A DNA stretch of 64,000 nt from Eledone cirrhosa (lineage: Eukaryota): contig OZ024746.1 in NCBI GenBank assembly GCA_964016885.1, positions 35,092,001-35,156,000 on the forward strand. The letters run 5' to 3'. The notes under the pieces were generated by a model. That model had not been told where the DNA came from, did not search any database, and saw only the letters and a list, made by a program, of their open reading frames with translations. Positions 62,404 through 64,000 of this stretch are shown in pieces (position 1 is the stretch's first letter; each line of letters starts with the position of its first letter). The position numbers and the translations under genes are program-made.

Positions 62404-63357
62404 ATTATTATATTATTATTGTTATTGTTATTATTATTTTCATTATTATTATTTATAGCGTTTTTCCACTGCACACCCGAAAGCAGTTGTCTATGTTTTG
62501 GGTGTCAGCAGTATTTTGTTATCGTTCTGCATTTTTTACTGCGTCGGCACTAATGTATGCACAATGCTTAGTAATGCTATTTTCTCTATGTTCAGTTTAT
62601 TATTTTTCTCCCGTAATATGGTTATCTATTTGTTTGCATGCTATTTTAATAATTCCCATGTTACTCATTATTTTACGGACTGTTTGTTTTCAGTTGCCAG
62701 AATCTTCTTATCTGGTTTCCTCTATTTCCAGCCTTATATATTTTTATAATTTCTTCATTTCTCTGAGAAATACATTTTATAGTTTAGTGAAAACAATACT
62801 TTGGTTAGATATTACATGAATTTCTATGCCTATTGACGAAGTTATACTCTCGATTACTCAAGAACCCCGTGTCTATATGGAGTGGCTTATGAGAGTGCAT
62901 GGTGACTTTTTCATTTTTTTTAGAACTTTATATGTATGAATAACCCCTTTTACGTTAGTATTTCATAATGCTGATATAATATCCTGCGAAATCACCAACT
63001 ACTTCATGTCGGTAAATGTGATATTCGTGGTTCACCCTTAGAATAGTTTAGTTTCTAATAGAATCACTTTATTACTCTCCTGCAATCGAAAAGCCCCTAG
63101 TCCAATACGTGAGACATGTGCTTCTCAACCAGTTTTGTCTATATTTACTCTGTTACTTTACCGGGTATTCTCCATTTAAAGACTTCTGATGTATGTTCAT
63201 TCTTTCATTATATATTCTGTCGTTTCAAGAATTTGTCCATCACTAATTTATATATAGGAGAGAGTGCTTATGTATGTATGTATGTATGTATGTATGTATG
63301 TATGTATGTATGTATGTATGTATGTATGTATGTATGTATGTATGTGTGTATGTATGT

Positions 63358-63394
<37 letters not shown>

Positions 63395-63793
63395 GCTACT
63401 TATCCTTCAGAATCTTCTTTACAAAGCTAGTTCGTTTGAACCCCTGCTATTTTCCTTCACCATTTTAAGCATCACTTTCAGATTATAAATGTTCTATTAT
63501 TTTCTGGTTCGTTATTTTATGAGTGGGATTTTTGAAGCTATTTTTGGGTGAAATAAATGTTTTTTTTTATTTTGTTTTTTGTTTGTAAGTTTTCATGTAT
63601 ACATTCATTCATACCAACGTGAACTGTACATTTATACATAATTTACAGTGGAAACTCAGTTAGCAAACGACTATCACCACGAACAAACACGCAAGCCGAC
63701 AACAACGGTTGGCGACAAGTGAGGAGAATCGATGGCAAAGAGTCACTTGCCTTTATGAATGAATTATATTCGTGAACCAACGTTCCACAGTAT

Positions 63794-63901
<108 letters not shown>

Positions 63902-64000
63902 AGATATATATATATCCACCCTTGTTTCTGCTAGAATCTGGTAGCTCTATGTGAAAATGAGGCTAACCAGATCAAGTACATAGGTGTCAAAACTATGTTT

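Noticed and set aside
63630-63790. Possible host exon after tttacag acceptor-like site
   Set aside because: Short, no recognisable protein similarity or partner exons; unsupported without RNA data.

Overview
Repeat-dominated, AT-rich animal genomic DNA. The (TA)n/(CA)n/(GA)n density, tRNA-derived SINEs and TE mix suggest a cephalopod such as octopus; this is inference only. No host protein-coding gene is supportable, and most ORFs in the track are microsatellite artefacts. The window holds: RTE LINE fragments; a decayed hAT(m)-like transposase; a near full-length but disrupted Tx1/L1-clade LINE lying tail-to-tail with R4/Dong-like LINEs in (ATT)n; SINEs; a possible solo LTR; and several Penelope-like elements (PLEs, RT plus C-terminal GIY-YIG with a CxCx5Cx5C linker) in (TA)n. 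The most striking signal is a hammerhead ribozyme (HHR) system. A 310-bp retrozyme-like unit is repeated about 16.6 times in apparently identical copies as a 5.1-kb head-to-tail array that inverts at 18052/18053, giving 17 intact minimal HHRs. Its HHR core is shared with the terminal repeats of a nearby near-intact PLE (40.3-47.5 kb), the candidate mobiliser. Several further unrelated HHR-bearing tandem or fold-back elements sit in other (TA)n tracts. All structures were read by eye; no folding or database search was run.
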